From contig JAHFLL010000001.1 in the NCBI GenBank assembly GCA_023244895.1, positions 404,741 to 468,740 on the forward strand: 64,000 nt of DNA. Reading direction: 5' to 3'. Made by a program: the position numbers and the translations under genes. Shown here piece after piece: positions 63,228-64,000 of this stretch. Numbering within the stretch: position 1 is the stretch's first letter; each line of letters starts with the position of its first letter. Source of the stretch: Candidatus Liptonbacteria bacterium (GTDB lineage Bacteria; Patescibacteriota; Minisyncoccia; UBA6257; 2-01-FULL-56-20). Under the pieces are notes generated by a model, which saw only the letters and a list, made by a program, of their open reading frames with translations, was not told where the DNA came from and made no database searches.

Positions 63228-64000
63228 CTAGATCCTGATGATTTCTTCTTCTATCCGGATTTTGAACTTATCCCAAACGGATTTCTTGACCAACCCTATT
63301 AAGACTTCTACGTCTTTAGCCTTAGCCCGGCCCATGTTGACTATAAAGTTAGGATGCTTGGGCGAAACCATCGCGCCGCCGGATTTCTTACCCATCACGT
63401 CCGCCTTGGAAATGATATAAGCGACCGGCACGACCGGAAAGGGATCGTTTTTTACGACTTCACGATACAAGGCCTGCTGTTTTTTGGTTAGACTCGCCAA
63501 GGGAATATTCTTGAAGGTGCTGCCTATACTGGGATGCTCCATCGGGTGCCTGCTCCAGCGATAATTTATTTTGTCTTCTATGGATTTTTTTATATCCTTT
63601 GCGATGCCCGGCTTCAGCTTGAAAATAGCCGAAGCAATAATTTCTTCCCCGTCTCTCTGCTTAAAAATACTGTCGCGATAACCAAACGCGCACTGCTTAT
63701 TGTTCCTCTCGATTATCTTTCCATCTTTGACCCGAACGCTTTTTACGCTCACAACCGAATCCTTTGTCTCCCCGCCGAAACAACCCGCATTCCCCCGAAT
63801 TGCCCCGCCCACGCTTCCCGGCAATCCTCCCGCCCACTCCATACCGCTCATTTCTTTCTGGACCGTAAATTTCAAAAAATTCTTAACCGACGCGCCTGCG
63901 CCGACTTCCACAAAATTACGCTTAACAATTTTAAAAAAATCTAAAACCGGACGAATAACGATTCCCTTGAAACCGTCGTCGCTTATTAAAAGATTCGTGC
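63228..64000 (-). CDS. murB: UDP-N-acetylmuramate dehydrogenase (5' truncated by window)
   Basis: TNLLISD, GLPGSVGGAIRGNAG, FGYRDS, SIGSTFKN, HPNFIVN. Confidence 0.95.
   Translation of the reverse strand, partial: TNLLISDDGFKGIVIRPVLDFFKIVKRNFVEVGAGASVKNFLKFTVQKEMSGMEWAGGLPGSVGGAIRGNAGCFGGETKDSVVSVKSVRVKDGKIIERNNKQCAFGYRDSIFKQRDGEEIIASAIFKLKPGIAKDIKKSIEDKINYRWSRHPMEHPSIGSTFKNIPLASLTKKQQALYREVVKNDPFPVVPVAYIISKADVMGKKSGGAMVSPKHPNFIVNMGRAKAKDVEVLIGLVKKSVWDKFKIRIEEEIIRI

Noticed and set aside
1-64000. tRNA/rRNA genes, transposases, prophage structural genes, alternative genetic code
   Set aside because: None recognised by eye; long genes are intact under code 11 and TGA serves as a stop (e.g. 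ATGA overlaps).

Overview
64 kb of a compact bacterial chromosome, mostly on the minus strand and using the standard genetic code. It is most likely Patescibacteria/CPR (Parcubacteria-like); this is an inference from the short trigger factor, CPR-type cysteine-repeat surface proteins and the near absence of Shine-Dalgarno sites on core genes. Housekeeping and salvage genes include nfo, sod, tig, metK with a SAM-I riboswitch, queA, tgt, rsmE, gdh, typA, a DEAD helicase, a UvrD-nuclease fusion, rarA, ahcY, pepF, lexA, secA, hpf and murB. An accessory region spans ~31.3-42.2 kb. It holds (i) a putative defence island (nuclease with an EVE-like domain, C5 methyltransferase, small nuclease, Vsr, and a separately promoted four-gene cassette: 76-aa protein, GHKL ATPase, 283-aa protein, DUF6339-like protein) bracketed by inverted copies of an element carrying an 18-bp palindrome, and (ii) a series of GC-rich, SD-led orphan gene cassettes ending in a shared bulged hairpin. 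Other notable signals are a cobalamin riboswitch over a secreted transcobalamin-like protein flanked by two CYTH-PPase pairs, two unannotated structured elements, small ORFs missing from the track, and 7-nt-period TAG arrays that begin exactly at stop codons. Family names come from motif recognition by eye, not database searches.
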